Of a stretch of 64,000 nt of DNA, positions 1 to 17,149 are shown piece by piece. The translations under genes and the position numbers were made by a program. The notes beneath the pieces are model-generated. The model saw only the letters and a program-made list of their open reading frames with translations, ran no database searches and was not told the origin of the DNA. The stretch's first letter is position 1; every line of letters starts with the position of its first letter. The stretch lies in NCBI RefSeq assembly GCF_030013595.1, contig NZ_CP122768.1. One strand, written 5' to 3'. The stretch is from Escherichia coli. Lineage in GTDB: Bacteria; Pseudomonadota; Gammaproteobacteria; Enterobacterales; Enterobacteriaceae.

Positions 1-2033
<2,033 letters not shown>

Positions 2034-2292
2034 CGGATTTTATCCTGTTATCAGTAGGGTAGATGTAGTTGTTATCAGTCGACGTGACGGAAAAATGCCG
2101 ATGCTGAAACGGAATTAAGAAACCGGTTTCACAAAATCATGAATAGTTGTCACTAAATAAGCAAGAGAGTTAATTGTTCATTTTTTATATTTGTGAAACC
2201 GGTCACCTGAATATTTTTCCCGCCGATTGCGCAAGGACAATCGGCAAACGGTGCAGTACACTGCGTTAATTGCGTGTAAAGGGATGAAAATG

Positions 2293-3303
2293 ATGACGAC
2301 GATGCTGGAAGTGGCGAAGCGCGCCGGGGTTTCAAAAGCGACCGTTTCCCGCGTGCTTTCAGGTAATGGCTACGTCAGCCAGGAGACTAAAGATCGCGTG
2401 TTTCAGGCGGTAGAAGAGAGCGGTTACCGTCCAAACTTGCTGGCGCGCAATCTGTCGGCGAAGAGTACTCAGACGCTGGGGCTGGTAGTGACCAACACAC
2501 TTTACCACGGCATTTATTTTAGTGAATTACTGTTTCATGCCGCGCGAATGGCGGAAGAGAAAGGGCGACAGTTGCTATTGGCAGATGGTAAACACAGCGC
2601 CGAAGAAGAGCGCCAGGCGATTCAGTATCTGCTGGATTTGCGCTGCGACGCCATTATGATTTACCCGCGTTTTTTAAGCGTGGATGAGATTGATGACATC
2701 ATTGACGCACACAGTCAGCCGATAATGGTGCTTAATCGCCGCCTGCGCAAAAACAGCAGCCATAGCGTCTGGTGCGATCATAAACAGACCAGCTTTAACG
2801 CCGTGGCAGAGTTGATAAACGCCGGACATCAGGAGATTGCTTTCCTTACCGGCTCGATGGATTCCCCCACCAGCGTTGAACGTCTTGCCGGGTATAAAGA
2901 CGCGCTGGCGCAGCATAGTATTGCGCTCAATGAAAAACTTATCGCTAACGGTAAATGGACGCCCGCCAGCGGGGCCGAAGGGGTAGAAACGTTGCTCGAA
3001 CGTGGGGCTAAATTTAGCGCGTTAGTTGCCAGTAACGACGATATGGCGATAGGTGCGATGAAAGCGTTACACGAGCGCGGCGTAGCGGTGCCAGAGCAGG
3101 TGTCAGTTATCGGATTCGATGATATCGCTATTGCCCCCTATATCGTTCCGGCGCTCTCCAGCGTAAAAATTCCGGTGACTGAGATGATTCAGGAAATTAT
3201 TGGACGGCTGATTTTTATGCTCGATGGCGGGGATTTCTCACCGCCGAAAACCTTCAGCGGAAAATTGATCTGCCGCGACTCACTCATTGCCCTTTCGCGA
3301 TAA
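2293..3303 (+). CDS. ascG: LacI/GalR-family repressor of the asc operon
   Basis: N-terminal HTH (MTTMLEVAKRAGVSKATVSRVLSG) plus periplasmic-binding-like sugar domain; divergent from ascF; internal ATG chosen instead of the extended ORF-track start. Confidence 0.9.
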   Translation: MTTMLEVAKRAGVSKATVSRVLSGNGYVSQETKDRVFQAVEESGYRPNLLARNLSAKSTQTLGLVVTNTLYHGIYFSELLFHAARMAEEKGRQLLLADGKHSAEEERQAIQYLLDLRCDAIMIYPRFLSVDEIDDIIDAHSQPIMVLNRRLRKNSSHSVWCDHKQTSFNAVAELINAGHQEIAFLTGSMDSPTSVERLAGYKDALAQHSIALNEKLIANGKWTPASGAEGVETLLERGAKFSALVASNDDMAIGAMKALHERGVAVPEQVSVIGFDDIAIAPYIVPALSSVKIPVTEMIQEIIGRLIFMLDGGDFSPPKTFSGKLICRDSLIALSR

Positions 3304-3309
3304 ACATTG

Positions 3310-3350
3310 TCATCACATGTCATCGTCACTAGTGTCGATGACATCGTTTT
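3310..3350. promoter_or_regulatory. Imperfect inverted repeat upstream of hydN (tgtcatcg...cgatgaca), candidate activator (FhlA-type) binding site
   Basis: Palindromic repeats read directly; hydN-hypF belongs to the formate regulon by established knowledge; exact operator not verified. Confidence 0.3.
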
Positions 3351-3451
3351 TCCTGCATTGCAGAATTTAATTTCTTTAAATAACAGTAAATTAAAAACTG
3401 GCATGATTTGTGAGTGTATCGGCGCATTAACTGTCATTGCTGGAGAATTTG

Positions 3452-3979
3452 ATGAACCGTTTCATCATTGCTGACGCGAGTAAATGTATTGGTTGCCGTA
3501 CCTGTGAAGTGGCGTGCGTGGTTTCTCATCAGGAGAATCAGGACTGTGCATCGCTGACCCCGGAAACTTTTTTACCGCGAATCCATGTCATTAAAGGTGT
3601 GAACATTTCTACGGCGACAGTTTGCCGTCAGTGTGAAGATGCACCGTGCGCTAACGTCTGCCCGAATGGTGCTATCAGTCGTGATAAAGGGTTTGTTCAT
3701 GTGATGCAGGAACGTTGCATTGGTTGCAAAACCTGCGTTGTGGCTTGCCCGTATGGCGCGATGGAAGTGGTGGTACGTCCGGTGATTCGCAACAGCGGCG
3801 CGGGGCTGAATGTACGGGCTGACAAAGCCGAAGCCAATAAATGCGACCTCTGTAACCATCGTGAAGACGGCCCGGCGTGTATGGCGGCTTGCCCGACCCA
3901 TGCGCTGATTTGTGTCGATCGTAATAAACTTGAACAACTGAGCGCAGAAAAACGTCGCCGTACGGCGCTGATGTTCTAA
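3452..3979 (+). CDS. hydN: 4Fe-4S ferredoxin-type electron transfer protein HydN
   Basis: Four CxxCxxCxxxCP-type cluster motifs; 175 aa from the [15 protein letters not shown] start. Confidence 0.9.
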   Translation: MNRFIIADASKCIGCRTCEVACVVSHQENQDCASLTPETFLPRIHVIKGVNISTATVCRQCEDAPCANVCPNGAISRDKGFVHVMQERCIGCKTCVVACPYGAMEVVVRPVIRNSGAGLNVRADKAEANKCDLCNHREDGPACMAACPTHALICVDRNKLEQLSAEKRRRTALMF

Positions 3980-4131
3980 AAATCTTACAGAACTGTTCTG
4001 GTATCAAAGGAATTCCCGGAAATATTCGTAGAATACGAAGCGGGCAGTATCGCCGACCTGTGACTGCCGGATGCGACGCGCTCGTGTCCGGCTGGGCGGG
4101 TTACGCAATTCATGATGGCGGGAATAACTCA

Positions 4132-6372
4132 ATGGCAAAAAACACATCTTGCGGTGTCCAACTGCGTATTCGTGGCAAAGTGCAGGGCGTCGGTTTTCGT
4201 CCGTTTGTCTGGCAGCTGGCACAGCAATTAAATCTTCACGGCGATGTCTGTAATGACGGCGATGGAGTGGAAGTCCGGCTGCTGGAAGACCCGGAAACGT
4301 TTCTTGTGCAGTTGCATCAGCACTGCCCGCCGCTGGCGCGTATTGATAGCGTCGAGCGTGAGCCGTTTATCTGGTCACAACTGCCCACCGAGTTCACTAT
4401 CCGTCAGAGCACAGGCGGAGTCATGAATACGCAAATTGTTCCCGATGCCGCGACTTGTCCTGCCTGTCTTGCTGAAATGAATACCCCGGGCGAGCGGCGT
4501 TATCGTTATCCGTTTATCAACTGTACCCACTGCGGCCCACGTTTCACCATTATTCGCGCCATGCCTTACGACCGCCCGTTTACCGTGATGGCGGCGTTTC
4601 CGCTGTGTTCGGCCTGTGACAAAGAATATCGCGACCCGCTCGATCGTCGCTTCCACGCCCAGCCGGTGGCCTGCCCGGAGTGTGGCCCCCATCTTGAATG
4701 GGTAAGTCATGGTGAACATGCAGAACAAGAGGCGGCATTACAGGCAGCTATCGCACAGTTAAAAATGGGCAACATTGTCGCCATCAAAGGGATTGGCGGA
4801 TTTCATCTCGCCTGCGATGCGCGTAACAGTAACGCGGTGGCGACACTTCGGGCGCGCAAACATCGCCCGGCGAAACCGCTGGCGGTCATGTTGCCAACGG
4901 CAGAAGGTTTACCAGACGCTGCGCGCCAGTTGCTCACCACACCCGCCGCGCCGATTGTGCTGGTGGATAAAAAAAACGTTCCTGAGCTTTGTGATGATAT
5001 CGCCCCTGGCCTTAATGAAGTCGGGGTGATGTTGCCTGCGAACCCGCTCCAGCATTTGCTGTTACAGGAACTGCAATGCCCGCTGGTGATGACCTCCGGC
5101 AACCTGAGCGGTAAACCACCGGCTATCAGCAACGAACAGGCGCTGGCGGATTTGCAGGGCATTGCCGACGGATTCTTGATACATAACCGCGACATCGTGC
5201 AGCGGATGGATGATTCGGTGGTGCGCGAAAGCGGCGAAATGCTGCGCCGTTCGCGGGGGTATGTGCCGGATGCGCTGGCTTTGCCTCCGGGCTTTAAAAA
5301 TGTTCCGCCTGTGCTGTGTCTCGGCGCGGATCTGAAAAATACCTTCTGCCTGGTGCGCGGTGAACAAGCGGTGTTGAGTCAGCATCTGGGCGATTTAAGT
5401 GACGATGGCATCCAGATGCAGTGGCGCGAAGCGTTACGCCTGATGCAAAACATCTACGATTTTACCCCGCAATACGTTGTGCATGACGCGCATCCGGGCT
5501 ATGTCTCCAGCCAGTGGGCGCGCGAAATGAATCTGCCGACGCAAACGGTGCTGCATCATCATGCTCATGCGGCGGCGTGTCTGGCAGAACATCACTGGCC
5601 ACTGGATGGCGGTGATGTCATTGCGTTGACGCTCGACGGTATCGGTATGGGGGAGAACGGCGCTTTGTGGGGCGGCGAATGCCTGCGGGTGAACTATCGC
5701 GAATGTGAGCACCTGGGCGGCTTGCCTGCGGTGGCGCTTCCGGGGGGCGATTTGGCTGCAAAGCAGCCGTGGCGTAACCTGCTGGCGCAGTGCCTGCGCT
5801 TTGTGCCGGAGTGGCAGAATTACCCTGAAACGACAAGTGTGCAACAGCAAAACTGGAGCGTGCTGGCGCGGGCCATTGAGCGTGGAATTAACGCGCCGCT
5901 GGCGTCATCGTGTGGGCGTTTGTTCGATGCTGTGGCGGCGGCACTGGGCTGTGCGCCAGCCACGTTAAGTTATGAAGGTGAAGCGGCTTGTGCTCTGGAG
6001 GCGCTCGCAGCCTCATGCGACGGAGTGACGCATCCGGTGACGATGCCGCTGGTGGACAATCAACTGGATCTCGCCACTTTCTGGCAGCAGTGGCTGAACT
6101 GGCAGGCACCGGTTAATCAACGCGCGTGGGCGTTTCATGATGCGCTGGCGCAGGGTTTTGCCGCGTTGATGCGTGAGCAGGCCACGATGCGCGGTATCAC
6201 TACGCTGGTATTTAGCGGTGGGGTTATTCATAACCGATTGCTGCGTACACGCCTGGCGCATTATCTCGCTGATTTCACATTGCTATTTCCACAGAGTTTA
6301 CCGGCGGGTGATGGCGGCTTGTCTCTGGGGCAGGGGGTTATTGCTGCGGCGCGCATCCTGCATGCTGCATAG
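4132..6372 (+). CDS. hypF: Hydrogenase maturation carbamoyltransferase HypF
   Basis: Acylphosphatase-like N-terminus, two Zn-finger CxxC pairs, YrdC and Kae1-like domains; start taken at [24 protein letters not shown]. Confidence 0.9.
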   Translation: MAKNTSCGVQLRIRGKVQGVGFRPFVWQLAQQLNLHGDVCNDGDGVEVRLLEDPETFLVQLHQHCPPLARIDSVEREPFIWSQLPTEFTIRQSTGGVMNTQIVPDAATCPACLAEMNTPGERRYRYPFINCTHCGPRFTIIRAMPYDRPFTVMAAFPLCSACDKEYRDPLDRRFHAQPVACPECGPHLEWVSHGEHAEQEAALQAAIAQLKMGNIVAIKGIGGFHLACDARNSNAVATLRARKHRPAKPLAVMLPTAEGLPDAARQLLTTPAAPIVLVDKKNVPELCDDIAPGLNEVGVMLPANPLQHLLLQELQCPLVMTSGNLSGKPPAISNEQALADLQGIADGFLIHNRDIVQRMDDSVVRESGEMLRRSRGYVPDALALPPGFKNVPPVLCLGADLKNTFCLVRGEQAVLSQHLGDLSDDGIQMQWREALRLMQNIYDFTPQYVVHDAHPGYVSSQWAREMNLPTQTVLHHHAHAAACLAEHHWPLDGGDVIALTLDGIGMGENGALWGGECLRVNYRECEHLGGLPAVALPGGDLAAKQPWRNLLAQCLRFVPEWQNYPETTSVQQQNWSVLARAIERGINAPLASSCGRLFDAVAAALGCAPATLSYEGEAACALEALAASCDGVTHPVTMPLVDNQLDLATFWQQWLNWQAPVNQRAWAFHDALAQGFAALMREQATMRGITTLVFSGGVIHNRLLRTRLAHYLADFTLLFPQSLPAGDGGLSLGQGVIAAARILHAA

Positions 6373-6449
6373 TGGCGGATGTGGCGTAACTAAGCGTAAA
6401 AAGAGCGCGGACAGTCCCCTCGCCCTTTGGGCGAGGGAGAAAACCATGC

Positions 6450-7583
6450 CTACATCGGCAACGTTTTCAACAATGCAAACGCCTCTTTCATCCGATCCTC
6501 ACTGACCACAAAGGCGCGAAGCTGGTCAGCATCGTCAACGCCGCGCGCCACCATTCCCTGGCGTTCGGTATTAATTTGCCAGCGTAAATCCTGACGCTGG
6601 GTTTCGCCTGCCAGATGCAGCGGTAATTCCGGCGTTTTGATTTTCACCAGCATCGCCGGGAGTTTCAGTGGCGTGTTATTGCCGAGAAGATTTTTTGCCA
6701 GCACCATCGCGCTAAGTTGAATCGGCTGCAGGAACGGCAGTACCTGACCGTTAATTTCCGCGCAATCGCCCAGAGCGTAAATATCGGCATTACTGGTTTG
6801 CAGATAACTATCGACGCAAACGCCGCGATTAATCGTCAGCCCGGCGCGTCGTGCCAGGGCGGTTTCCGGGCGCAGCCCGGTGGCGGCAATTACCGCATCC
6901 ACTTCGATGCTGCGCTGGCGGTCCAGCGTTGCCAGAATGCCAGAATCCGTTTTTTCCAGCCCCTGCAACTGAGATTTTAACAGCAGATGAACGCCCATCT
7001 CCGTCAACCGATGCTGCAAGCGGCTGCTTACTTCCGGTGGCATTAACGACGCCAGAATACTGGCAGCGTTGTCGATTAGCGTGACCGCTTTGCCTGCACG
7101 ACAAAAATCCATCGCCAGTTCGCTACCAATCAAGCCACCGCCAACAATCAACACGCGTCGGGCATCCCGCAGTTGCGTTTCACAGGCGCGATACTCTTGC
7201 TGACTATTTAACGTCAGCATTAACTCACGCCCGGGCACTGGCGGGACAAAGGCGCTGGCACCGGTTGCCAGCACTAACTTGTCGTATTGCCACTGATTAT
7301 TCTGACTTTTCACCACATGGGCTTCGGCATCGATATCCGTTACCCAGGTGTGCGGAAACAGGTGCAGATTAAACTGCTCGGCAAATTCACCCGCCGTCTG
7401 GCGGGTAAGGTCATCGGCACGTTGCCTCTGGCTGATAACATGGCTGAGGTCCGGTTTGTTGTACTCATCCATGCTGTCGGCGGCAATCAGGGTTAATGGA
7501 ATACAGGCGTCCTGTTTGCGAATATTTTTCACCAGTTGGCGGGCGGCGAAGCCCGAACCAATGATCACAATGCCGTTGCTCAT
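6450..7583 (-). CDS. norW: NADH:flavorubredoxin reductase NorW
   Basis: 377 aa, FAD/NAD Rossmann motif ([10 protein letters not shown]); start overlaps norV stop (ATGA). Confidence 0.9.
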   Translation of the reverse strand: MSNGIVIIGSGFAARQLVKNIRKQDACIPLTLIAADSMDEYNKPDLSHVISQRQRADDLTRQTAGEFAEQFNLHLFPHTWVTDIDAEAHVVKSQNNQWQYDKLVLATGASAFVPPVPGRELMLTLNSQQEYRACETQLRDARRVLIVGGGLIGSELAMDFCRAGKAVTLIDNAASILASLMPPEVSSRLQHRLTEMGVHLLLKSQLQGLEKTDSGILATLDRQRSIEVDAVIAATGLRPETALARRAGLTINRGVCVDSYLQTSNADIYALGDCAEINGQVLPFLQPIQLSAMVLAKNLLGNNTPLKLPAMLVKIKTPELPLHLAGETQRQDLRWQINTERQGMVARGVDDADQLRAFVVSEDRMKEAFALLKTLPM

Positions 7584-9019
7584 TTTGCCTCCGATGCCAG
7601 TTCGTCAAAGACGTCTTTGCCAAGGGAGCATTCCGGGCACAGGAAGTTATCCGGAACTTCACTCCACGGCGTTCCTGGCGCAACGTCCTGCATTGGCTCG
7701 CCTTTTGCCGGATCGTAAATCCACTGGCAGACGCTGCACTGCATCCGTGGGCCGAGGTCAGCCGTCGTGGTGGCAGAGGTTTCTTCTTTAACCACCGTAT
7801 TCACCGTGCTCTGCGGCAGCGGCGCGAGCGCCCACTGACGGGCGATTTCGCGACCGTGTTCACGACATAGCTCCAGAGCGTCCTGGTCCGGTCGCCATTT
7901 GGCTTTCAGGCTAAGCGACATTTCGAAACCCGCATCCTGCAGGCGTGTGGAAAGACGATCCACCGCACCGCCGCTCCAGCCATGAGAGCCGAAAGCACTG
8001 GCGCGTTTGTTACGAAAGCGTAAACCAGTCATCTCCTCCACCAGCCCGGCGATTTTTGGCATCATCACGTTATTCATCGTCGAAGTGCCGACCAGCACGC
8101 CTTTTGAGCGGAAGACATTGGTCAGGATTTCGTTTTTATCGCTTCGGGCGACGTTGAAAATTTTCACCGCTACGCGTGGGTCGGTTTCCGCAATACCCTG
8201 GGCTATAGCATCGGCCATCATGCGGGTATTATTCGACATGGTGTCGTAGAAAATGGTGATTCTGTCTTCCTGATAATCCGCCGCCCATTTCAGGTACAGC
8301 TCGACAATTTGCGTCGGGTTATCGCGCCATACCACGCCGTGAGAGGTCGCTATCATATCGACTGGTAAGTTAAAGCCCAGGATCTCGGTAATTTTCGGCG
8401 TTACCAGGCGGCTGAACGGCGTCAGGATATTGGCGTAATAACGCTGGCACTGCTCGAAAAGCTCCGTCTGATCCACTTCATCGTTGAACAGATGCTCGTC
8501 GCAGTAGTGCTGACCGAAAGCATCGTTACTGAACAGTACCGCGTCGCCTGTCAGGTAAGTCATCATGCTGTCCGGCCAGTGCAGCATTGGCGTTTCGACA
8601 AAAATGAGCTGTTTGCCGTTGCCGATATCCAGCGTGTCGCCAGTTTTCACCACATTAAAATTCCACTCCGGATGATGGTGATGACCATTTATCGAGTCGA
8701 TAGCGTTGGCAGTACAGTAGATCGGCGTATCGGGAATTTGTGCCATCAGTTCGGTCAGCGCCCCGGCGTGGTCCTCTTCTGCATGGTTAATCACGATGTA
8801 ATCGATATCCGCCAGATCGATTTCATTACGCAGGTTCTGCACAAATTCGCGGCTGAATTTATGGTCAACGGTGTCGATCAGCACGTTTTTTTCTTCGCGG
8901 ATGAGGTAGCTGTTGTAGCTGCTGCCGCGCAGCGTTTTATATTCCGTGCCGTGAAAATCACGCACTTCCCAGTCACGTTGACCAACCCAATGAATGTTAT
9001 TTTTCACCACAATAGACAT
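7580..9019 (-). CDS. norV: Anaerobic nitric oxide reductase flavorubredoxin NorV
   Basis: 479 aa; metallo-beta-lactamase-like and flavodoxin domains plus C-terminal rubredoxin CxxC pairs. Confidence 0.9.
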   Translation of the reverse strand: MSIVVKNNIHWVGQRDWEVRDFHGTEYKTLRGSSYNSYLIREEKNVLIDTVDHKFSREFVQNLRNEIDLADIDYIVINHAEEDHAGALTELMAQIPDTPIYCTANAIDSINGHHHHPEWNFNVVKTGDTLDIGNGKQLIFVETPMLHWPDSMMTYLTGDAVLFSNDAFGQHYCDEHLFNDEVDQTELFEQCQRYYANILTPFSRLVTPKITEILGFNLPVDMIATSHGVVWRDNPTQIVELYLKWAADYQEDRITIFYDTMSNNTRMMADAIAQGIAETDPRVAVKIFNVARSDKNEILTNVFRSKGVLVGTSTMNNVMMPKIAGLVEEMTGLRFRNKRASAFGSHGWSGGAVDRLSTRLQDAGFEMSLSLKAKWRPDQDALELCREHGREIARQWALAPLPQSTVNTVVKEETSATTTADLGPRMQCSVCQWIYDPAKGEPMQDVAPGTPWSEVPDNFLCPECSLGKDVFDELASEAK

Positions 9020-9066
9020 AGCAACCTCAATTTATTCAGCGTGTTCTAAAAAGATGTCTTGCTAAT

Positions 9067-9082
9067 TGCAGATTGCGTGCCA
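9067..9082 (-). promoter_or_regulatory. Sigma-54 (-24/-12) promoter of norVW
   Basis: Minus-strand reading TGGCACgcaatcTGCA (GG-N10-GC) about 50 bp upstream of norV ATG. Confidence 0.6.
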
Positions 9083-9137
9083 GTTTTTTATCTGATTGTT
9101 TTTACTCTATAAATAAAATTATGCTCATTAATGAATA

Positions 9138-9193
9138 GTCAAAATGACTATCAATAAAATGGTCGATATGACAATATCTATAGTCAAATTGAC
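9138..9193. promoter_or_regulatory. Three NorR enhancer sites (GT-N7-AC): GTCAAAATGAC, GTCGATATGAC, GTCAAATTGAC
   Basis: Three spaced inverted-repeat sites in the norR-norV intergenic region, matching the known NorR consensus. Confidence 0.65.
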
Positions 9194-9205
9194 AGTGAGG
9201 CAAAG

Positions 9206-10720
9206 ATGAGTTTTTCCGTTGATGTGCTGGCGAATATCGCCATCGAATTGCAGCGTGGGATTGGTCATCAGGATCGTTTTCAGCGCCTGATCACCACGCT
9301 GCGTCAGGTGCTGGAGTGCGATGCGTCTGCGTTGCTACGCTACGACTCGCGGCAGTTTATTCCGCTTGCCATCGACGGGCTGGCAAAGGATGTACTCGGT
9401 AGACGCTTTGCGCTGGAAGGGCATCCACGGCTGGAAGCGATTGCCCGCGCCGGGGACGTGGTGCGCTTTCCCGCAGACAGCGAATTGCCCGATCCCTATG
9501 ACGGTTTGATTCCCGGGCAGGAGAGTCTGAAGGTTCACGCCTGCGTTGGTCTGCCATTGTTTGCCGGGCAAAACCTGATCGGCGCATTGACGCTCGACGG
9601 GATGCAACCCGATCAGTTCGATGTTTTCAGCGACGAAGAGTTACGCCTGATTGCCGCGCTGGCGGCGGGAGCGTTAAGCAATGCGTTGCTGATTGAGCAA
9701 CTGGAAAGCCAGAATATGCTGCCGGGCGATGCCGCGCCGTTTGAAGCGGTGAAACAGACGCAGATGATTGGCTTGTCGCCAGGCATGACGCAATTGAAAA
9801 AAGAGATTGAGATTGTGGCGGCGTCCGATCTCAACGTCCTGATCAGCGGTGAGACGGGAACCGGTAAGGAGCTGGTGGCGAAAGCGATTCATGAAGCCTC
9901 GCCACGGGCGGTGAATCCGCTGGTCTATCTCAACTGTGCCGCACTGCCGGAAAGTGTGGCGGAAAGTGAACTGTTCGGGCATGTGAAAGGGGCGTTTACT
10001 GGCGCTATCAGTAACCGCAGCGGGAAGTTTGAAATGGCGGATAACGGCACACTGTTTCTCGATGAGATCGGCGAGTTGTCGTTGGCATTGCAGGCCAAGT
10101 TGCTGCGAGTGTTGCAGTATGGCGATATTCAGCGTGTTGGCGATGACCGCAGTTTGCGGGTCGATGTGCGCGTGCTGGCGGCGACTAACCGTGACTTACG
10201 GGAAGAGGTACTGGCAGGGCGATTTCGCGCCGATTTGTTTCATCGCCTGAGCGTGTTTCCACTTTCAGTGCCGCCGCTGCGTGAGCGGGGCGATGATGTC
10301 ATTCTGCTGGCGGGGTATTTCTGCGAGCAGTGTCGTTTGCGGCTGGGGCTCTCCCGCGTGGTATTAAGTGCCGGAGCGCGAAATTTACTGCAACACTACA
10401 GTTTTCCGGGAAACGTGCGCGAACTGGAACATGCTATTCATCGGGCGGTAGTACTGTCGAGAGCCACCCGCAGCGGCGATGAAGTGATTCTTGAGGCGCA
10501 ACATTTTGCTTTTCCTGAGGTGACGTTGCCGCCGCCAGAAGCAGCGGCGGTGCCCGTTGTTAAGCAAAATCTGCGTGAAGCGACAGAAGCGTTCCAGCGT
10601 GAAACCATTCGCCAGGCACTGGCACAAAATCATCACAACTGGGCTGCCTGCGCGCGAATGCTGGAAACTGACGTCGCCAACCTGCATCGGCTGGCGAAAC
10701 GTCTGGGATTGAAGGATTAA
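9206..10720 (+). CDS. norR: Sigma-54-dependent NO-responsive activator NorR
   Basis: GAF domain, AAA+ sigma-54 interaction domain ([14 protein letters not shown]), C-terminal HTH; 504 aa. Confidence 0.9.
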   Translation: MSFSVDVLANIAIELQRGIGHQDRFQRLITTLRQVLECDASALLRYDSRQFIPLAIDGLAKDVLGRRFALEGHPRLEAIARAGDVVRFPADSELPDPYDGLIPGQESLKVHACVGLPLFAGQNLIGALTLDGMQPDQFDVFSDEELRLIAALAAGALSNALLIEQLESQNMLPGDAAPFEAVKQTQMIGLSPGMTQLKKEIEIVAASDLNVLISGETGTGKELVAKAIHEASPRAVNPLVYLNCAALPESVAESELFGHVKGAFTGAISNRSGKFEMADNGTLFLDEIGELSLALQAKLLRVLQYGDIQRVGDDRSLRVDVRVLAATNRDLREEVLAGRFRADLFHRLSVFPLSVPPLRERGDDVILLAGYFCEQCRLRLGLSRVVLSAGARNLLQHYSFPGNVRELEHAIHRAVVLSRATRSGDEVILEAQHFAFPEVTLPPPEAAAVPVVKQNLREATEAFQRETIRQALAQNHHNWAACARMLETDVANLHRLAKRLGLKD

Positions 10721-11682
10721 ATAATCCCGGCCTGATAGAAATCCTGCAGGTTAATTGCGCCGGTGAGTTTGCCGTTTTCATCCACTACCGGTGCGGCGGT
10801 GATTTTGCGTTTCATCAGGATTTCTTTGGCGTCGATGGCACGGCTTTGCGATTGCAACGTAGTGCCGCCGACAGTCATCGCTTCATTGACTGGCGTGGTG
10901 AGTGCGCCGCCGCCAACCAGCCAGCGACGTAAATCGCCGTCGGTAAAGACGCCTTGTACCTGTTGTTGAGCGTCACATACCGCCACCAGCCCCAGACCAG
11001 TGCGGCTAAGTTCCAGCATCGCGTCCATCACGCTGGCGGTTAACGCCACCTGCGGGATGGCATCGTCACGACGCATAAGATGATGCACTTTGTTCAGCAA
11101 GCGAGCGCCCAGCGCACCGGCTGGATGTGAACGGGCAAAATCTTCTTCATTAAAACCGCGCGCCTGCATGACTGCCATCGCCAGCGCGTCGCCCATCATC
11201 AGGGTATTTACAGTGCTGGAAGTCGGCGCAAGGTGCATCGGGCAGGCTTCGCGTTCCACGGAGATATCCAGCACCGCTTTCGCCGCCAGGCCCAGCGGTG
11301 ACGTCGGTTTGCCGGTCATCGCCAGCAGCGCGATAGATTTGTCTTCCAGACGTGGAATAATCAGATCCAGTTCCTTCGCGCCACCGGAGTAAGAGATAAA
11401 CAGCATCACATCGCGGCTTTCGATCATCCCCAGGTCGCCGTGCAATGCCTCTGCCGGATGGACAAAAAAGGCAGGAGTGCCGGTGCTGGCAAGCGTTGCG
11501 GCGATTTTCTTACCAATGTGGCCCGATTTGCCAATTCCCGAAACCACCACTTTGCCTTCGCAGTGCAGGATGATATTGGCGGCGCGAACAAAATCATCGC
11601 CCAGACGTTCCGGTAAACGGCTTGCTTCCTGTAACTCCAGCATTAACGTCTGACGTCCCGCGTTCAGTAGTGCTTCACTCAT
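10717..11682 (-). CDS. gutQ: D-arabinose 5-phosphate isomerase (SIS plus tandem CBS domains)
   Basis: 321 aa; SIS motif ([15 protein letters not shown]) and CBS pair. Confidence 0.9.
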   Translation of the reverse strand: MSEALLNAGRQTLMLELQEASRLPERLGDDFVRAANIILHCEGKVVVSGIGKSGHIGKKIAATLASTGTPAFFVHPAEALHGDLGMIESRDVMLFISYSGGAKELDLIIPRLEDKSIALLAMTGKPTSPLGLAAKAVLDISVEREACPMHLAPTSSTVNTLMMGDALAMAVMQARGFNEEDFARSHPAGALGARLLNKVHHLMRRDDAIPQVALTASVMDAMLELSRTGLGLVAVCDAQQQVQGVFTDGDLRRWLVGGGALTTPVNEAMTVGGTTLQSQSRAIDAKEILMKRKITAAPVVDENGKLTGAINLQDFYQAGII

Positions 11683-12448
11683 TGCTCTCTCCGGTTATGA
11701 TCACATCGATCCCTTTCTTTTCCAGCGCCTGACGAAACGCCGGATCGATACCTGCGTCGGTAATTAGCTTATCGACGCTTTCAAGACTGCAAACTACGTT
11801 GGGGCTTTTACGGCCAAACTTTGATGAGTCCGCCATCAAAATCACTTCGCGCGCGGCATTGCACATTGCCTTACTGACGGTATAAACCTCGTTGAACGTG
11901 GTTACGCCCGCATTGAGATCGATGCCGTCGGTGCCCATAAACAATTTATCGAAGGTGAAATGCTCGAAGGCATTCTCTGCCAGTTGCCCGTGAAATGAGG
12001 CCGATTTTTTACGAAATGTTCCGCCTGGCATCAGGATAGTTTGTTCGTTATCCAGTTCGGATAGCGCATTGACGATATGCAGACTGTTGGTCATCACTGT
12101 GATGTTATTAAAGCGCGAGAGCAGGGGAACCATCTGCAAAACGGTACTGCCAGCATCAAGAATGATCGAATCGCCATCATGGATAAAACTAACGGCAGCT
12201 TCTGCAATCAGCTCTTTCTTGTGGGTGTTGATGAGTGTTTTATGATCGATAGGCGGATCGGATTCCTCTTTATTCAACACCACTCCGCCATAAGTACGAA
12301 TGACGGTTCCGGCATGTTCCAGAATGACCAGATCTTTGCGAATGGTTGTGCCTGTGGTGTCAAAGTATTGCGCCAATTCTTCAACCGAGCATTTACCCTG
12401 CTTTTGCAGATACTCCAGAATGGCGGCCTGACGCTGACGAGGTTTCAT
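11675..12448 (-). CDS. srlR: DeoR-family repressor of the sorbitol operon
   Basis: 257 aa; N-terminal DeoR HTH ([29 protein letters not shown]). Confidence 0.9.
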   Translation of the reverse strand: MKPRQRQAAILEYLQKQGKCSVEELAQYFDTTGTTIRKDLVILEHAGTVIRTYGGVVLNKEESDPPIDHKTLINTHKKELIAEAAVSFIHDGDSIILDAGSTVLQMVPLLSRFNNITVMTNSLHIVNALSELDNEQTILMPGGTFRKKSASFHGQLAENAFEHFTFDKLFMGTDGIDLNAGVTTFNEVYTVSKAMCNAAREVILMADSSKFGRKSPNVVCSLESVDKLITDAGIDPAFRQALEKKGIDVIITGESNE

Positions 12449-12514
12449 GGGCGTGATTACCTGATTTAGGTTTCAAAATGATAACTTCGCAAGCAAGTAA
12501 CATTCACAACGAAA

Positions 12515-12874
12515 TTATCCACGTTTCAGTTTAAGCGCCAATGATAGAGCATTCTGTGATAGTGGATCATGGGGAAAGATCACATCGGGCTGTAAATCAC
12601 CCGCATACATACCGGTAATTGCGGGAATTTTTTGTGGTCGGGCGAAGACGGTCAGTCCTTTCATAAACAAGGTGTCGACGATGCGTTGCTGATCGTCCAG
12701 GGCGATGGCGACCACGACCCGCGGTTTAAAGCGCCCGCTGGAACGGCCCACGCCAACCCGCCCTTGCTGGCATAGTGTGTCGAAGGCACGGTTAAAACGA
12801 GAAATTTGCCAACCGCCTAAGGCCAGTTGCGCACACCAGGCGATAACGGCGACGGTGATGAGTGCGGATACCAT
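12515..12874 (-). CDS. gutM: Glucitol operon activator GutM
   Basis: 119-aa ORF with N-terminal hydrophobic segment, between srlD and srlR. Confidence 0.85.
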   Translation of the reverse strand: MVSALITVAVIAWCAQLALGGWQISRFNRAFDTLCQQGRVGVGRSSGRFKPRVVVAIALDDQQRIVDTLFMKGLTVFARPQKIPAITGMYAGDLQPDVIFPHDPLSQNALSLALKLKRG

Positions 12875-12904
12875 AACTTTTCCTTAATGTAGTGGCGGAA
12901 GTCC

Positions 12905-12976
12905 TGTATGCCTGATGAGCGTAGCGCATCAGGCATTTTATTAGTCTCGCGGAGATCCTTAACGGATCTCCGCTGT
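12905..12976. repeat. REP-like palindrome plus adjacent stem-loop in srlD-gutM intergenic region
   Basis: tgcctgatgagcgtagcgcatcaggca palindrome and gcggagatcc...ggatctccgc hairpin read directly. Confidence 0.4.
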
Positions 12977-12979
12977 TAA

Positions 12980-14134
<1,155 letters not shown>

Positions 14135-14144
14135 GTTTCAGCCT

Positions 14145-15682
<1,538 letters not shown>

Positions 15683-15919
15683 TTATTGTTTTATTACCAA
15701 ACGGCAACCTAATCTAATCAGATTGAAAGATTTAAAAGTGTTATTTTGATCGCAAAATGAAAGATAAATATTTTAATTTGAAAGTTTGAATAAAAGGATT
15801 GCGAGGAGAATGAGTTGAGTTATGTAAAGTCCGTATCGGGCAGTGACTACCGCTTCCTTGTGCGGGGCGTGATGCTTTACCATACTTGCCCCTGGTTGAA
15901 TCTGTTAAATGGACCCCTC

Positions 15920-17005
15920 ATGTTCAAGCGTCGTTATGTAACATTGCTTCCCCTTTTTGTGTTGCTTGCCGCCTGTAGCAGCAAGCCAAAACCTACTGAG
16001 ACTGAAACGACCACCGGAACGCCGTCTGGCGGCTTCCTGCTTGAGCCGCAGCACAATGTGATGCAGATGGGCGGTGACTTCGCCAATAACCCGAATGCCC
16101 AGCAGTTCATCGACAAAATGGTGAACAAACACGGTTTCGATCGTCAGCAGTTGCAGGAAATTCTCTCTCAGGCGAAACGTCTGGATTCGGTACTGCGGCT
16201 GATGGATAACCAGGCACCAACCACATCGGTGAAACCGCCATCAGGTCCGAACGGCGCATGGCTGCGTTATCGCAAAAAATTTATTACGCCGGACAACGTG
16301 CAGAATGGTGTGGTTTTCTGGAATCAGTATGAAGATGCGTTGAATCGCGCGTGGCAGGTGTATGGCGTACCGCCGGAAATTATCGTCGGGATTATCGGCG
16401 TTGAAACCCGCTGGGGGCGCGTGATGGGGAAAAACCGTATCCTCGATGCGCTGGCAACGCTGTCATTTAACTACCCACGCCGCGCGGAGTATTTCTCTGG
16501 CGAGCTGGAAACTTTCCTGCTGATGGCGCGCGATGAGCAGGACGATCCGCTCAATCTGAAAGGTTCCTTTGCCGGGGCGATGGGCTACGGACAGTTTATG
16601 CCGTCGTCTTACAAACAATATGCGGTAGATTTCAGCGGCGACGGGCATATCAACCTGTGGGATCCGGTTGATGCGATCGGTAGTGTGGCGAACTATTTCA
16701 AAGCGCACGGCTGGGTGAAAGGTGATCAGGTTGCGGTGATGGCAAACGGTCAGGCTCTAGGCTTGCCAAATGGCTTCAAAACCAAGTACAGCATTTCGCA
16801 GCTTGCCGCGGCAGGTTTAACGCCACAGCAGCCGCTGGGCAACCATCAACAAGCCAGCCTGCTGCGTCTGGATGTCGGTACCGGTTACCAGTACTGGTAC
16901 GGTCTGCCGAACTTCTACACCATCACCCGTTACAACCACAGTACCCATTACGCAATGGCGGTCTGGCAGTTAGGACAAGCCGTGGCGCTGGCGCGCGTGC
17001 AGTAA
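15920..17005 (+). CDS. mltB: Membrane-bound lytic murein transglycosylase B (lipoprotein)
   Basis: Lipoprotein signal with lipobox LLAAC at the MFKRRYVTLLPLFVLLAACSS start; ORF-track start is a 5' over-extension. Confidence 0.9.
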   Translation: MFKRRYVTLLPLFVLLAACSSKPKPTETETTTGTPSGGFLLEPQHNVMQMGGDFANNPNAQQFIDKMVNKHGFDRQQLQEILSQAKRLDSVLRLMDNQAPTTSVKPPSGPNGAWLRYRKKFITPDNVQNGVVFWNQYEDALNRAWQVYGVPPEIIVGIIGVETRWGRVMGKNRILDALATLSFNYPRRAEYFSGELETFLLMARDEQDDPLNLKGSFAGAMGYGQFMPSSYKQYAVDFSGDGHINLWDPVDAIGSVANYFKAHGWVKGDQVAVMANGQALGLPNGFKTKYSISQLAAAGLTPQQPLGNHQQASLLRLDVGTGYQYWYGLPNFYTITRYNHSTHYAMAVWQLGQAVALARVQ

Positions 17006-17149
17006 CTATTTGCAAGAGGGGAGCGTGAGCTTCCCTCTGGCTAATCAGCTTTTTTCTGAATCCTCCTCGTAAAATTGCAACGCCAACACCATCTTCCTGA
17101 CGAAAGTGCTATCTTGTCCGGCATAAATTTTTGACTGACAGAGGTTGTG

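Noticed and set aside
3391-3417. Possible sigma-54 promoter for hydN (TGGCATgatttGTGAG)
   Set aside because: The -24 GG element is present but the -12 element lacks the conserved GC; I could not confirm it by eye, so only the upstream inverted repeat is listed, at low confidence.
4060-4131. 5' extensions of ORF-track calls (hypF here; also ascG, hydN, mltB, recA, emrA, emrB, proX, ygaM, alaE, kbp, csiR, gabP, lhgO, csiD)
   Set aside because: Internal start codons reproduce the N-termini I recognise for these well-known proteins (signal peptides, conserved motifs); the extensions are stop-to-stop artefacts.
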